From positions 62,001 to 126,000 of the forward strand of contig NIVC01002603.1 of NCBI GenBank assembly GCA_002269645.1: a DNA stretch of 64,000 nucleotides, in the 5' to 3' direction. The position numbers and the translations under genes were made by a program. How positions within the stretch are numbered: position 1 is the stretch's first letter; every line of letters starts with the position of its first letter. Below, in pieces: positions 43,248 to 61,112 of the stretch. This DNA comes from Macrostomum lignano. Taxonomy: Eukaryota. The notes below the pieces were generated by a model. It did no database searches. It was not told the DNA's origin and saw nothing but the letters and a program-made list of their open reading frames with translations.

Positions 43248-43263
43248 ATGGCCGCCGGCCAAG
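43248..43263 (+). CDS. Tentative first coding exon of CARM1 (MAAGQ)
   Basis: ATGGCCGCCGGCCAAG|GTAAGT; ends in phase 1 whereas the next clear exon starts in phase 2, so at least one unresolved exon must lie between. Confidence 0.35.
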
Positions 43264-43361
43264 GTAAGTTGCCAAATCAAAAATGGGAAATGAAAAAAAA
43301 TTAAGGGAAGAAAGAAAGGAGAGGAAGAGAAAAGGAAAAGAAAGGAAAAAGAAGAGAGAGG

Positions 43362-43521
43362 AGAGGAACTAAGTCGCAATCAGGAGGAACTAAGTCGCAA
43401 TCAGGAGGAACTAAGTCGCAATCAGGAGGAACTAAGTCGCAATCAGGAGGAACTAAGTCGCAATCAGGAGGAACTAAGTCGCAATCAGGAGGAACTAAGT
43501 CGCAATCGGGAGGAACTAAGT
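43362..43521. repeat. 21-bp tandem repeat GGAGGAACTAAGTCGCAATCA
   Basis: About 7 copies. Confidence 0.95.
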
Positions 43522-43619
43522 TGTCTTGAATCCCATATTCTAAATTGTCTCCAAATCCTCTGCAAAGCCTTTCAAATACCATATCTTGTTTTCCCTGTTT
43601 GCAAAAACTGACTGCCATT

Positions 43620-44060
43620 GTCCAGACTCAGACTCTCATGTCTCCTCTCTGCATTCTCGCCGTTACTCTCTTCCCCCTCCTCCTCTCTACCTCTTTATTT
43701 ATCTCTTCTCCCTCGTGTTTCGTCTGTATCCTCTCCTGTGTCCTCTCTTCTCCCTTATCTCTCCCCTCTTCTCTCCTCTCTCATATCTCATCTCTACTCA
43801 TTTATCTATCGTCTCTCCTATACTCTCTCTCTTTTCTTTCTCCTCGCTACTCTCATTTATCTTATTTTCTATACCCTCTCCTTTCTTCTCTTAACTCTCT
43901 TATCTCTGACCTTTCATTTCTTTCCTCTCTCCTCTCTTTTATTTCAGCTGTACGCTCTTATCTCTCCTTTATTTTCTCTCCTTTATTTTCTCTCCTCTCA
44001 TCTCTCCTGTCTCCTGTCTGCTATCTCATATCTCCACTCTCATCTCATCTCTCATCTCAG
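43620..44060. repeat. CT-rich low-complexity tract
   Basis: Direct inspection. Confidence 0.85.
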
Positions 44061-45868
44061 CTACACCATCACCTGATCCCTGGGCTGCACTTAAGATTGC
44101 TGGTAAATTTTCTTCTAATATCCAATGCACACTAGAACAATCAATAACTTCTCCAGTGAGTTACACGACCAAGTTTCCATCATGTAAAGAGCAATGGCTT
44201 TTGCTCTTCAGTTGCAGAAAGGGGGAACCGGTTGATAGAATAGTCTTCATGGCCTTTTTTGTCCCACTCGCAGGATTCAGTATATAGTCAGGTGCAGCTC
44301 TATCTTTAAGTGAAGTACATAATAACTCAATGAATGTACATGAGTGCACGAGTGCAAATTTGCACAAGTACAAGTACAAAGTGCATAAGTGTATATATAT
44401 ACAAGTTAGTTTGCCAGATATATAGTACAGTATGTAGAGTGTAGCCTACAGGGTACAGGCTACAGTGCAGTTTAGTACTGCAGTCTGCAACATACATGTG
44501 CAACCTTGGGAATCACCCAGCCATTTCTATTGACAACACACACATGTCAATCTATTGGACAGAAAAGTAGTCACATGACTGCTCTCAGCCAATTGCGATT
44601 TACATGTGTGTGTTGCCAATAGAAACAGCCAGGTGAATCCCAAGGTTGCGCCCAAGCATGGTCTACAATGCTGCATAAGTGAATAAGTGAACGATAAATC
44701 AATCGCGAAAGTGAGGGCAGGAGAAAGGGAAGAGAAATAAGGTACTTTAATTTTTCAGTAAGCACAAGCACAAAAAGCATGCTACCCCCCCCCCCCCAGT
44801 CCTTCAGTATGGTGGTGCATAGGTAAGTCGCAAATCTTGTTGGGCATGTATGGTTGCACATGTATGTGCTACACTGATGCCATAGAAGTCAGCAATCTCA
44901 CAAACAGTGACTTGCTTTACCCTCCATCTCCATGTCTGCCACCAATTGATTTTTTTGGAAAGTGACATGTTTTTTCCTATACCTCGTGTTGTCTTCTTAA
45001 GGACTTATGGCTAAATGATAGAAAAATGATTATATAAGTATAGGTATATGATATATTTTATAGAAAAGTTTATTGTATGACCCAAGTAATATATAAAAGG
45101 TTATGTATATATGCTTATGATATAGATAGATCGATGTGATAACAAAAATATTTATATGTTTTAGATTTTCTTTTTTTATAACAAAAAATTATTAGCTTAG
45201 GCTTAATATAATCTTTTTTCAATTAATATATATTATATGTTTAGTCATAGGTAAAATTAGTATTATATCCTAATACTTATTTCAAAAGATCTTTAATTGA
45301 TTTTACATAAAGTTTAGCTTAAAACTAAAGTGAAAGCTTTTTGAAATATTCAAGAAATTCTTTTAAACTGAATTTTTAATGAGCTTAATTATTTGAAAAT
45401 AGTTAAATGGTAATTTCTGATACTATAAATCATTAGTAGTATAAATAGAATTAAGATAAGACTTTATTTACCTAATAAAGCTTTTTTAGACAAGTTGCAT
45501 TTATTGATTTCACTTATTATGTATCTCTTAGATATTAATCATTTGTAGCACACATTGCGAAATTAGTCAATGCTTATATATACTTAGACTTATTTTACAA
45601 TTGCTATTGCTATAGTAAGTGTTAATAATATTTCAGAACAATAAATTAAATAGCAATGCATTTAATAAAACAACTAAAGCATGCAGTATTAAAGTAGAAT
45701 AGTTGGGTAGATAGCAGAGACCCACCACTCAGAGACATTGTGTAACTCAGAACCCAACAATACTTTTAACAAACTCCACACATTTTAGCATTATGTTAGC
45801 AAATGTGAAGACACAGCTACACATTTACACAGCTTAGGTAAATAATTATTTTTTGTCATAAAACCCAG

Positions 45869-51780
<5,912 letters not shown>

Positions 51781-52429
51781 TTGCCAAAACGTTTTCAAGC
51801 TTGCAGTAATTTTAAAAAATTCGACAAATTTCGACACAGTGTTCACCTTGATAATCATAACTGTTCAATTGTTTGCCTAACCGACATCAACTACTACTAT
51901 ATCGTTTGCATTTACAATGCCCCTGTTCAACCTTAACCATCATTTAATAACAATGTTTAAACTCTTCAACAACTTGAGTTTACCGGCTTACCCCATTTAA
52001 GTTTCTTTTTTTGTCTGCATGAAAATGTTTTTATTGCCAATTTGCTCTTTAACTGTTGTTAGTAATATAAATCTGTTCTTAATGCTATGCATTGTTGTCC
52101 GTTTTAACTGCATCCCTCCCAAATCCGACTATGAAAAAGGTAGCAATTGACAAGCCTTGACACCTTATTAATCTTCTTTCCTTATAATGTCGCCGTCTAT
52201 GCTTGATAAGCAAAAATAAACTAAATAGCAAATTTGAACAAGCGCAGTTCGCTTGTTGATCAGCTGAATTGACTTGAAAATTTAATAATTAATAGTAATA
52301 AATCAAAATTGAGGTCTAGTTTCTCTCTTCAGTTTTTTCGTCCCATCTAATCTTCTAATTAGCAAGTTAATATTATTAAATTAGTAAATATCGATAATAA
52401 TTACATAGTAGGCTTTAGCATAGTAGTTT

Positions 52430-52680
52430 TTTGTTTTCAGCAAAACATTAGCAGTAAAAAATGCAAGTCGCACTACTCAATAGTAGGCCACGTGTTTTTT
52501 GTTTTCAGCAAAACATTAGCAGTAAAAAATGCAAGTCGCACTACTCAATAGTAGGCCACGTGTTTTTTGTTTTCAGCAAAACATTAGCAGTAAAATGCAA
52601 ATCGCACTACTCAATAGTAGGCCACGTGTTTTTTGTTTTATGCAAAACATTAGCAGTAAAATGCAAATCGCACTACTCAT
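52430..52680 (+). repeat. 66-68-bp tandem duplication of the acceptor/5'UTR/start codon of esterase 1
   Basis: Three units plus a partial fourth that runs into the coding exon: TTTTGTTTTCAG CAAAACATTAGCAGTAAAA ATGCAA(G/A)TCGCACTACTCA. Confidence 0.9.
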
Positions 52681-55188
52681 TTGCGGAGTTTTATTTGCTC
52701 TGCTGGCCTATTCCGTGTACGAGCCGATGCCGGACTACGTGTTGGACCGGGGATTTCTAACGCTGGGCCATTCAGTCTGGCGAATATTTGACGCTGTGGT
52801 ATAGCCAATTGAATTGTATCGCTTTGATTCTGACCGCATTTTGAAATCACTTTCATAACGCCAATGTTTCCCCATAAGCAAAAGTGTACTATTGTCGCAA
52901 AAGGACACGTGCCAACTTGTGTTGAAAAAGTACACGTGCACTTTTGGAGTGCGTGTACTTTTTAGAAGTATGCGTGTTCTTTTATGTTTTGGGAGTATGT
53001 GTTATTTTGTTTTGGGAGTATGTGCGTACTTTTGTTTTCGGAGTAACTACGCGCGTATTTTTGTTGCAAAAGTACACTGTCAAAATTGTCCCGCTTGGGC
53101 TTTTGCTGCAAGAGTAAAATTGTAGATCTGTACACTAGCTAGAAGTACTACGATTACTTACAAAAGTACACATGTACCCTGATTGCAAGATTCCACAGCT
53201 ATTTTGTACTTTAAAAATTAATTCAGAGTACTATTGTACTTTTGTTGAAAAGTACTCTTGTGACATTGTCGCATGGGCTTACAGTTTCGCTGGTATACTA
53301 TCAATATAGTAAACAGAAATGTTATAGCAGTTCGGTAAATCTCTACATTTATTCTCCCTGATCTAGGGCGACCTCACCGAGTACTTTTGCATCTGCGAAT
53401 CCGAAGTTGTTCGCCGCCAGGTATTTAGCCTAATCTTGCCACCGCCAAAGAACACTAGCAGAGTGTTATTCACCTACGAACAGTTCGCCGACTCCAGGAC
53501 ATTGGTTGCTAGGCCATTAAAACCGAGCGGTGCCGCTTTGATCTATATTCACGGCGGCGGCTGGGCGGTGGGCTCGCCCGAGATGTTCAGCGAAACCTAC
53601 GAAGAGCTGGCTGATAAGACTGGCATCACCGTGTTCGCCGTGCGGTCAGTCTGGGTTGCCATTGTGCTGCGATCATTATATTATTATAAAGTACAGAATG
53701 TACTGTTTTGTTTTCACCTACTTCCGGCAATTGGTATTATTTCAGTGCTGTCAGCAATGGGAATCCCATTATCAATAAAATATCCCCATTAGTAATTGGA
53801 AATCCCATCATCAATAAAAATATCCCCATTAGTAATTAAAACTGCCATTATCAATAAAAATATCCCCATTGGTAATTGGAAATCCCATCATAAATAAAAA
53901 GTATCACAGATAGTATTCGGAAATCCCATTATCAATAAAAATATCCCCATTAGTAACTTGAATCCCATCATTGCCAGAATATATTTTAGCAATATATCAT
54001 TTGAAATACGGTAATTTAGCCGTCGCACTACTGTCTAGTATTCTCCAGTAGTAACAAGCGACTTTAAGCATTAATTTTGACATCCAATCAAACCCCAAAC
54101 CAGCTATCGACTGGCGCCCGAGCAGCCGTTCCCGGCCGCCTTCGACGACTGCCTGTCGGCTACGCTGGCGATTTTCGACGCCGCCAAGTCGCTCGGCCTC
54201 GACGCCAGTCGCATCGCCATTGCCGGAGACAGCGCTGGCGGTCAGCTGACTGCGTCAATTGTGCAGCAGCTTCGCCGATCTGGCAGTCCTCATCGGCCGA
54301 AGCTGCACCTCATGGTGTACCCGGTGACCCAGGTGGTCAACCTGCGGACCGGTTCCATGCTGCAGCACACGAACGCGCCGATTCTCAAAGCAGAGCACAT
54401 GCCCAGGTATGTGAGCCTCTATTTGGCTGGCTCGGCCGTTGCTGCTAGATGGATTGCCGAAAATGGTCACGTGACCCCTGCTGTGCGAGCGGCGTACGAG
54501 ACCGCTACAGGACAGGTGAGTTGCGGTCGCTTTACTCACGGATGAGTGCTTTAAGTGCTGTACATTTAGCACTTTAAAGCTAATTTGTACTTCTGACCGA
54601 CTTTGTACTTTTAGGTTCGTTTGTACTAGTTAGTAGATTAAGGGGTCGTAGCCTAGTGGTTAGAGCGTCGGACTAACGGCTAAAAGGTCGGGAGTTCGAT
54701 TCTCAGCCGTACGCAGCCTTCAGATGCGCCGCGCAATAGCTGCGGCTGAGCTGTCGGTTGCACGTCTGCCCATTGGGGCAGGTGTAATCAGTTATTATAT
54801 TATATCATTACTGTTATTTGTACTTCTTAGTGCATTTGCACTTTTGGAATTGCAGACTCTGCCTGCAGCTGCCGCTGTTGAGGCCGCCTCAGCCGGCATC
54901 CGCGACTCGGTTGCCAGTCGCGTAGCGTCCCTAGCAACCGACTGGCGCGTGTCCCCGTTGCTAGCGACCGATCTGGACCAGCTGGACCTGCCGCCAGCCC
55001 ACATCTTGGCCTGCCAATTCGACCCGCTATTCGATGACGCAATCATGTACGCCAATCGGCTGCAGCGGGCCGGGGTTCGAACCCGGCTGATCAAGTACCG
55101 AACCTATCACGGGGCGATGTCGCTTCCTCGGGACGGATTAGAGATTCGAGTCTACGTGACCAAGATGCTGCTGGTGGAGCTGTCTTAA
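52661..55188 (+). CDS. AADAC/NCEH1-like GDXG-family (HSL-type) esterase, paralog 1
   Basis: Exons 52661-52798, 53367-53644, 54104-54515, 54856-55188, phase-compatible. N-terminal signal anchor, YIHGGGW, YRLAPEQPFPAAFDDC, GDSAGG, FDPL, YHG (triad intact). Confidence 0.92.
53750..53970. repeat. ~40-bp degenerate repeat GGAAATCCCATCATCAATAAAAATATCCCCATTAGTAATT
   Basis: Esterase 1 intron 2. Confidence 0.85.
54642..54795 (+). mobile_element. tRNA-derived SINE (head joined directly to 3' tail)
   Basis: A box TAGCCTAGTGG, B box GTTCGATTC; tail CAGCCGTACGCAGCCTTCAGATGCGCC...GCAGGTGTAAT also present inverted at 58287-58385. Confidence 0.8.
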
Positions 55189-55654
55189 GGGATCGCGATT
55201 TTGCAACTACGTTCAGTAGTTTTTGTCAGTAGCGTCAGTTATTAAATGAATTGCGTACAGGCCAAAAAATCGGTATTTTTTACTGCTTTCTGAATCCTTT
55301 TTGGTCATAATTATGATTTTTACTATTGTTATTTATTTGATCTTAGTAGTCTTTGACGTAGTTTGTCTGTATAAATTATTTTCTGTCTTTTAATTTGTTT
55401 ATTTGATTAAGGTTCGTTCTTGCGAAGTTAGAATTTCCACTTTCTAGTGCTTCAATTTTTTGCTATATAAATTTTTTAGTAGTGATGATTATTACTCATG
55501 CAATTTTTAATAAATATTTTTTGAAAGTTTTCAGGTGATATCTCATTTCCAAATAACAATACATGTATATCGCTTTCAATTTATTGCTAGTTTTTTTTAA
55601 CATCGGTTTGAGCATAAACCTAGCTCAAAATGTACAAAGCGGTATGGAGAATCA

Positions 55655-56385
55655 TCTGCCCCAATCCCAATGTACACAGTTGCATAGAGAACTCTGTCCC
55701 ACTCCAAATGTACACAGTTGCATAGAGAACTCTGCCCCACTCCCAATGTACATAGTTGCATTGAGAACTCTGCCCCACTCCCAATGTACACAGTTGCATA
55801 GAGAACTCTACCCCACTCCCAATGTACACAGTTGCATAGAGAACTCTGTCCCACTCCCAATGTACACAGTTGCATAGAGAACTCTGTCCCACTCCCAATG
55901 TACACAGTTGCATAGAGAACTCTGTCCCACTCCCAATGTACACAGTTGCATAGAGAACTCTACCCCACTCCCAATGTACACAGTTGCATAGAGAACTCTG
56001 TCCCACTCCCAATGTACATAGTTGCATTGAGAACTCTGCCCCACTCCCAATGTACACAGTTGCATAGAGAACTCTACCCCACTCCCAATGTACACAGTTG
56101 CATAGAGAACTCTGTCCCACTCCCAATGTACATAGTTGCATTGAGAACTCTGCCCCACTCCCAATGTACACAGTTGCATAGAGAACTCTACCCCACTCCC
56201 AATGTACACAGTTGCATAGAGAACTCTGCCCCACTCCCAATGTACACAGTTGCATAGAGAACTCTACCCCACTCCCAATGTACACAGTTGCATAGAGAAC
56301 TCTGTCCCACTCCCAATGTACACAGTTGCATAGAGAACTCTGTCCCACTCCAAATGTACGCAGTTGCATAGAGAATCTCCTCCCA
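55655..56385. repeat. 38-bp minisatellite CCCACTCCCAATGTACACAGTTGCATAGAGAACTCTGT
   Basis: Between the two esterase genes. Confidence 0.95.
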
Positions 56386-56493
56386 CTGTACCCGATGTGC
56401 GCAATGTCCTGGCCTAATGAACTTATTGTACTCATCATAGAAAATCCAACCCAATAACTATATTTTACATCTTCTAATTCAGCTCTGATCTTG

Positions 56494-59400
56494 ATGGGCT
56501 GCTGCAGCTGCCGTTTTCTGCTTTTTTTGAGTGCCGCTTCAGCTTTTCTGCTGGCCTACGGCTTGTACGAACCTCTGCCAGACTTTAGTCAGGACCGCGC
56601 TCTGCTGGCACTGAGATGCGCCGCACTCAAGACTTTAACTGCTTTAGTGAGTGTGCTCTGTTTGACTATTTTCAGTAGAGAGTTCAGACTGTTAATCATT
56701 TTCTATCCCAATACTCTTTAATGGAGCTACTAGAAGAGTTTTAGAAATGTTCTATTCCTGCATCCGCATGGGCTAGATTACGGGATAGCAATCTCTTCTG
56801 TATTATTATTTAACAAAGAGCTGATACTTGGAAAAATCTAAATATGCTTTGAGAGTAGAACTTTGCGGAAAGGTTAACTTTGTTATAAGAACTGAGAACC
56901 AGTGCAAAGCCGGTGAATTTCTGTCCGGCTGATAAATTAAATCAACGTCTATGGTCGAATCCTAATCCCATTGTTTAATTGGCTTTATTTATATCAGATA
57001 TATAGCTTTTTGCGTTCAAGTTTAGAAAATTTGCATTGTATCACGCTGGCGCGCGTTAGATGCACGATTTACTGTGCGTCTAATGTAGGTGTCTATGGCA
57101 ATTTTCTATCTGAGTAAAGGCAACAAGCGGAGATTTCCGATCGAAGTAGTCAGACAGCCTCTTCAGATCAACAGGCTCGATCGATTGGAAGTGTCGGGCG
57201 CGTCCGCCTCGGGCAATGAAGATTCTGCCCATTGACTTCAGTGTCGTATTGGAAGCATAGAATGCGTCGTCAGTTAGAATATTGATTCGCCTTGTCGACA
57301 TGAAATGCCGGTAGAGCGCAGCTCGGATACAAATCAACGTGGCTGGAGCAAAGTATTCGCCATTCCTCTTGCGAAGTGAGCCATAGAAGTATCGCAATAG
57401 ACTGTCGATCTCGCGCGGTGTAGAAGTCGCCAAATCACGCTGAACTGACGGATGGTTCTCCATGAAGCTCTGCAACTTACCGACATAATATTCGGTAGCC
57501 TTTGTCACACTTTTACTAGCAGCGGTGTCCTCGATTTCGGAAACGAGCTGTTCCAATTCAAGTAGTTCAGCTTCTTCGTCAGGTATCTTCTTGAAAAGTG
57601 CCTCCAGAAGATCCTCCTCTTCTCGATCAATTGCCGACTCCGGTAGATTATCAGGCTCGTTCAGAATGTCGTCAATCTCATTGGTGGACAAGCCGGAAAT
57701 CATTTCGTTTGGAAATTTGCTCAGATTCAGAAGTCTGACTTTAGTTGGTGGCTCAGCCATATTCTCTCACAAGTGATTTTAATTTAACAGCTTCTTATTC
57801 CCTTCTTCGCAACACTCAATCAACTTGCGTGCCTTTCACGCATTTTTGTCTATGGTTAAGACAAATTAACTGAGCGTGCATCTAACGCGCCATCTATAGT
57901 ATTAAGCCAACGTAATACAATGCAACTCATACATCGATTTTGTACACGCAAAATCGATGTATGAATCCTACATTCAATTTAAGAATTTGAAGTGAGCATG
58001 GCCACATTGGCTGCAAGTGGCGGCTGGCAGAGATGTCTATGGTAAAAAATGGGGGTCTCGCTGTGGGCCAAAACCGTTTTTGCGTTCAATTTGAGAACCA
58101 TAGACTTTGCCTTTGTTCATGTTAGAGACGTTTCATCTTTGATCGATCCTTCCTGCGATCTATCTGTCAGTTAAATTGCTATTTCAACTCAGCGCGATCT
58201 TAAATTGAACGCAACTTTTCTGAACTTGAACGCAAAAAGCTATATTATGAGATCAAATTGCAGCTACCCTCTGGTTTTGATGGATAGGTATTATTTTATT
58301 ACACCTGCTCTAATAGGCAGATGTGCAACCGACAGCTCAGCCGCAGCCATTGCGTGGCGCATCTGAAGGCTGCGTACGGCTGTTCAGTCCAAGGACTGGG
58401 GGATCGCCACACACAGCCTCAATTACCCCAGCTAATGCTGGCAACCATTTTACAGCTGGGTGAACTGAAGCAATGCAGAGTTAAGTGTCTTGCTCAAGGA
58501 CACAAATTGTTCCAGGTGGGATTGGGAATCGAACCCCCGACCTCCCCCGAAACCCCCGAACCCCCGAGAATAAGAGTAAGATAAAGCATGCCTTTTGAGA
58601 GATTTATGAATGGTAGAGATCCAATAGAGCTCTCAAGATTAAATCACGTGTCTAATAGTATTAAGAAGAGCATGGATATTGCTTAATCTGACGTATATTT
58701 GATGTACTTTTGCTGCAGGGCCGCCTTATGGAAAGACTGAATCTGGGCAGCTTTGAAACCGCAGCCCACCGTATACTGAGATTTCCCGCGCCAAGCAACA
58801 CCAGTTCGGTCATTTTCTACTATCGTCAATTTGCCAACAGTCGAACATTAGTTGCTATGCCAAGGCATGAGTCTGGGACTGGAGAAAACCGTACTGCTGG
58901 AGCAGCAGCGGTTATCTACATTCACGGCGGCGGCTGGGCACTGGGTGCGCCTGAGATGCACAATTCTTTGTGCGAGCAACTGGTTGAGCAGACTGGCATT
59001 ACGGTGTTTGCTGTCAGGTGAGATGATGTGACGCGTCCGTTTATTACAATTCAGTAGGGTCGTACCGAGAGAATTACCGTACCATTGCATGAAGGAACGG
59101 GAGCCATTGCTGCACCCTGCATCATGAAGGAACGGGAGCCATTGCTGCACCCTGCATCATGAAGGAACGGGAGCCATTGCTGCACCCTGCATCATGAAGG
59201 AACGGGAGCCATTGCTTCACCCTGCATCATGAAGGAACGGGAGCCATTGCTGCACACTGCATGCATGAAGGAACGGGAGCCATTGCTGCACCCTGCATCA
59301 TGAAGGAACGGGAGCCATTGCTTCACCCTGCATGCATGAAGGAACGGGAGCCATTGCTTCACCCTGCATCATGAAGGAACGGGAGCCATTGCTTCACCCT

Positions 59401-61112
59401 GCATGAAGGAACGGGGGCCATTGCTGCACCCTGCATGCATGAAGGAACGGGAGCCATTGCTGCACCCTGCATGCATGAAGGAACGGGGGCCATTGCTGCA
59501 CCCTGCATGCATGAAGGAACGGGGGCCATTGCTGCACCCTGCATGCATGAAGGAACGGGGGCCATTGCTGCACCCTGCATGCATGAAGGAACGGGAGCCA
59601 TTGCTGCACCCTGCATGCATGAAGGAACGGGGGCCATTGGTGCACCCTGCATGCATGAAGGAACGGGGGCCATTGGTGCACCCTGCATGCATGAAGGAAC
59701 GGGAGCCATTGCTGCACCCTGCATGAAGGAACGGGGGCCATTGCTGCACCCTGCATGCATGAAGGAACGGGAGCCATTGCTTCACCCTGCATCATGAAGG
59801 AACGGGAGCCATTGCTGCACCCTGCATGCATGAAGGAACGGGAGTCATTGCTGCACCCTGCATGGAGGAACGGGAGCCATTGCTGCACCCTGCATGGAGG
59901 AACGGGAGCCATTGCTGCACCCTGCATGGAGGAACGGGAGCCATTGCTGCACCCTGCATGGAGGAACGGGAACTCTTGCGCATAAATTCTGAATAAACTC
60001 ATGCGTGACTAAGAGAAAATCAGAGCCGCTGTGTGAGCGTCCGTCTGTGTACATGCTCCGTGTGCATGTTACGTGATCACTGATCAGAGCTAAGCGGAAT
60101 GGGCATGACTTAATATATCTCCTTAATCGTAGCATTTTTAGACTTCTGAAAACAAAGATTTTATAGACTATGATTCTCAATTCTTGGCCTCGCAGGTACC
60201 GCCTGTCATCCGAGCAGCCGTTCCCGGCCGCCTTCGACGACTGCCTGTCGGCTACGCTGGCGATTTTCGACGCCGCCAAGTCGCTCGGCCTCGACGCCGG
60301 TCGCATCGCCATCGCCGGAGACAGCGCTGGCGGTCAGCTGACTGCGTCGGTTGTGCAGCAGCTTCGCCGGTCTGGCAGTCCTCACCGGCCGAAGCTGCAC
60401 CTCATGGTGTACCCGGTGACCCAGGTGGTCAACCTGCGGACCAGTTCCCATAGAAGTCATTCCAATGTGGCACTGATGAAGCATTTGCCATCGTCTAGGT
60501 TTCTCAGTCTGTACCTGGCTGGCGATATGAGCGCTGCGGATTGGATCTCTCAGCTGGGCCATGCCACCGAATACGCCCGATTGGCTTACGAGAGAGCCAC
60601 CGGAGAGGTACTTGTGAATGCATACATGCACAAGTAGTGCTTGTTCGGAGGCTAACTATATCCATGGAGCGCCACACAGGTGGGCACCAAATGAAGGAAA
60701 ACCTTTAGACATTGCATGTACGTGTATAGATGTGCATGTAAATTTAATATATCAAGGTTTATATACTTATTTTTTATTACAGCCATTCCCAAAGTCCCCG
60801 AATGTCGCGGCCGATTCCGCCGTCATCAGCGAGTCGGTCGCCAGTCGCGTAGCGACCCTAGCAACTGATCCGCGCGTGTCACCGTTGCTAGCGGCCGATC
60901 TGGACCAGCTGGACCTGCCGCCAGTTCACATCCTGGCCTGCAAGTTCGACCGTCTCTACGACGATGCAATCATGTATGCTAAGCGGCTTCAGCGGGCGGG
61001 GGTTCGAACCCACCTGAGTGAGCACCAAACCTATCACGGTGCGCTGAACATGGCTAATGATGGTCAGGAGATGCGTAATTATCTTGTGAAGGTATTTAGG
61101 GACTTGCTTTGA
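56494..61112 (+). CDS. AADAC/NCEH1-like GDXG-family esterase, paralog 2
   Basis: Exons 56494-56646, 58719-59017, 60196-60607, 60783-61112; same intron positions and phases as paralog 1; YIHGGGW, GDSAGG, FDRL, YHG. Confidence 0.92.
57000..58245. mobile_element. Crypton-like (tyrosine recombinase) element, internally deleted, in esterase 2 intron 1
   Basis: 23-bp perfect IR at 57000-57022 / 58223-58245; 16-bp perfect IR at 57051-57066 / 57875-57890; 16-6-16 palindrome at 57927-57964; repeated GTCTATGG; encloses a truncated YR-like ORF. Confidence 0.7.
57080..57760 (-). pseudogene. Truncated Crypton/DUF3504-associated (KCTD1/ZMYM-related) tyrosine recombinase ORF, catalytic domain missing
   Basis: ATEYYVGKLQSF...LLRYFYGSLRKRNGEYFAPATLICIRAALYRHF...INILTDDAFYASNTTLK...IEPVDLKRLSDYFDRKSP matches the remembered N-terminal region of Crypton YRs; similarity ends near 57120. 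Confidence 0.8.
58287..58570 (-). mobile_element. CORE-type SINE, longest copy (partial tRNA head + CORE + tail)
   Basis: B box GGTTCGATTCC, TGTGTCCTTGAGCAAGACACTTAAC...CAGCTGTAAAATGG, then the same tail as the 54642 copy. Confidence 0.8.
59087..59972. repeat. 32-36-bp minisatellite TGCATGAAGGAACGGGAGCCATTGCTGCACCC(TGCA)
   Basis: Esterase 2 intron 2. Confidence 0.95.

Noticed and set aside
44061-44300. Missing CARM1 N-terminal exons (candidates 44061-44102 and from 44159)
   Set aside because: Splice signals are plausible but I see no recognisable CARM1 homology and could not close the phase path to 45869
52871-53278. Possible CCCA...TGGG MITE with AAAAGTAC subterminal repeats in esterase 1 intron 1
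   Set aside because: TIR match is poor and there is no TSD
54642-54715. Functional tRNA gene
   Set aside because: A and B boxes are present but acceptor and anticodon stems do not pair, and the sequence continues into a repeated tail: SINE head
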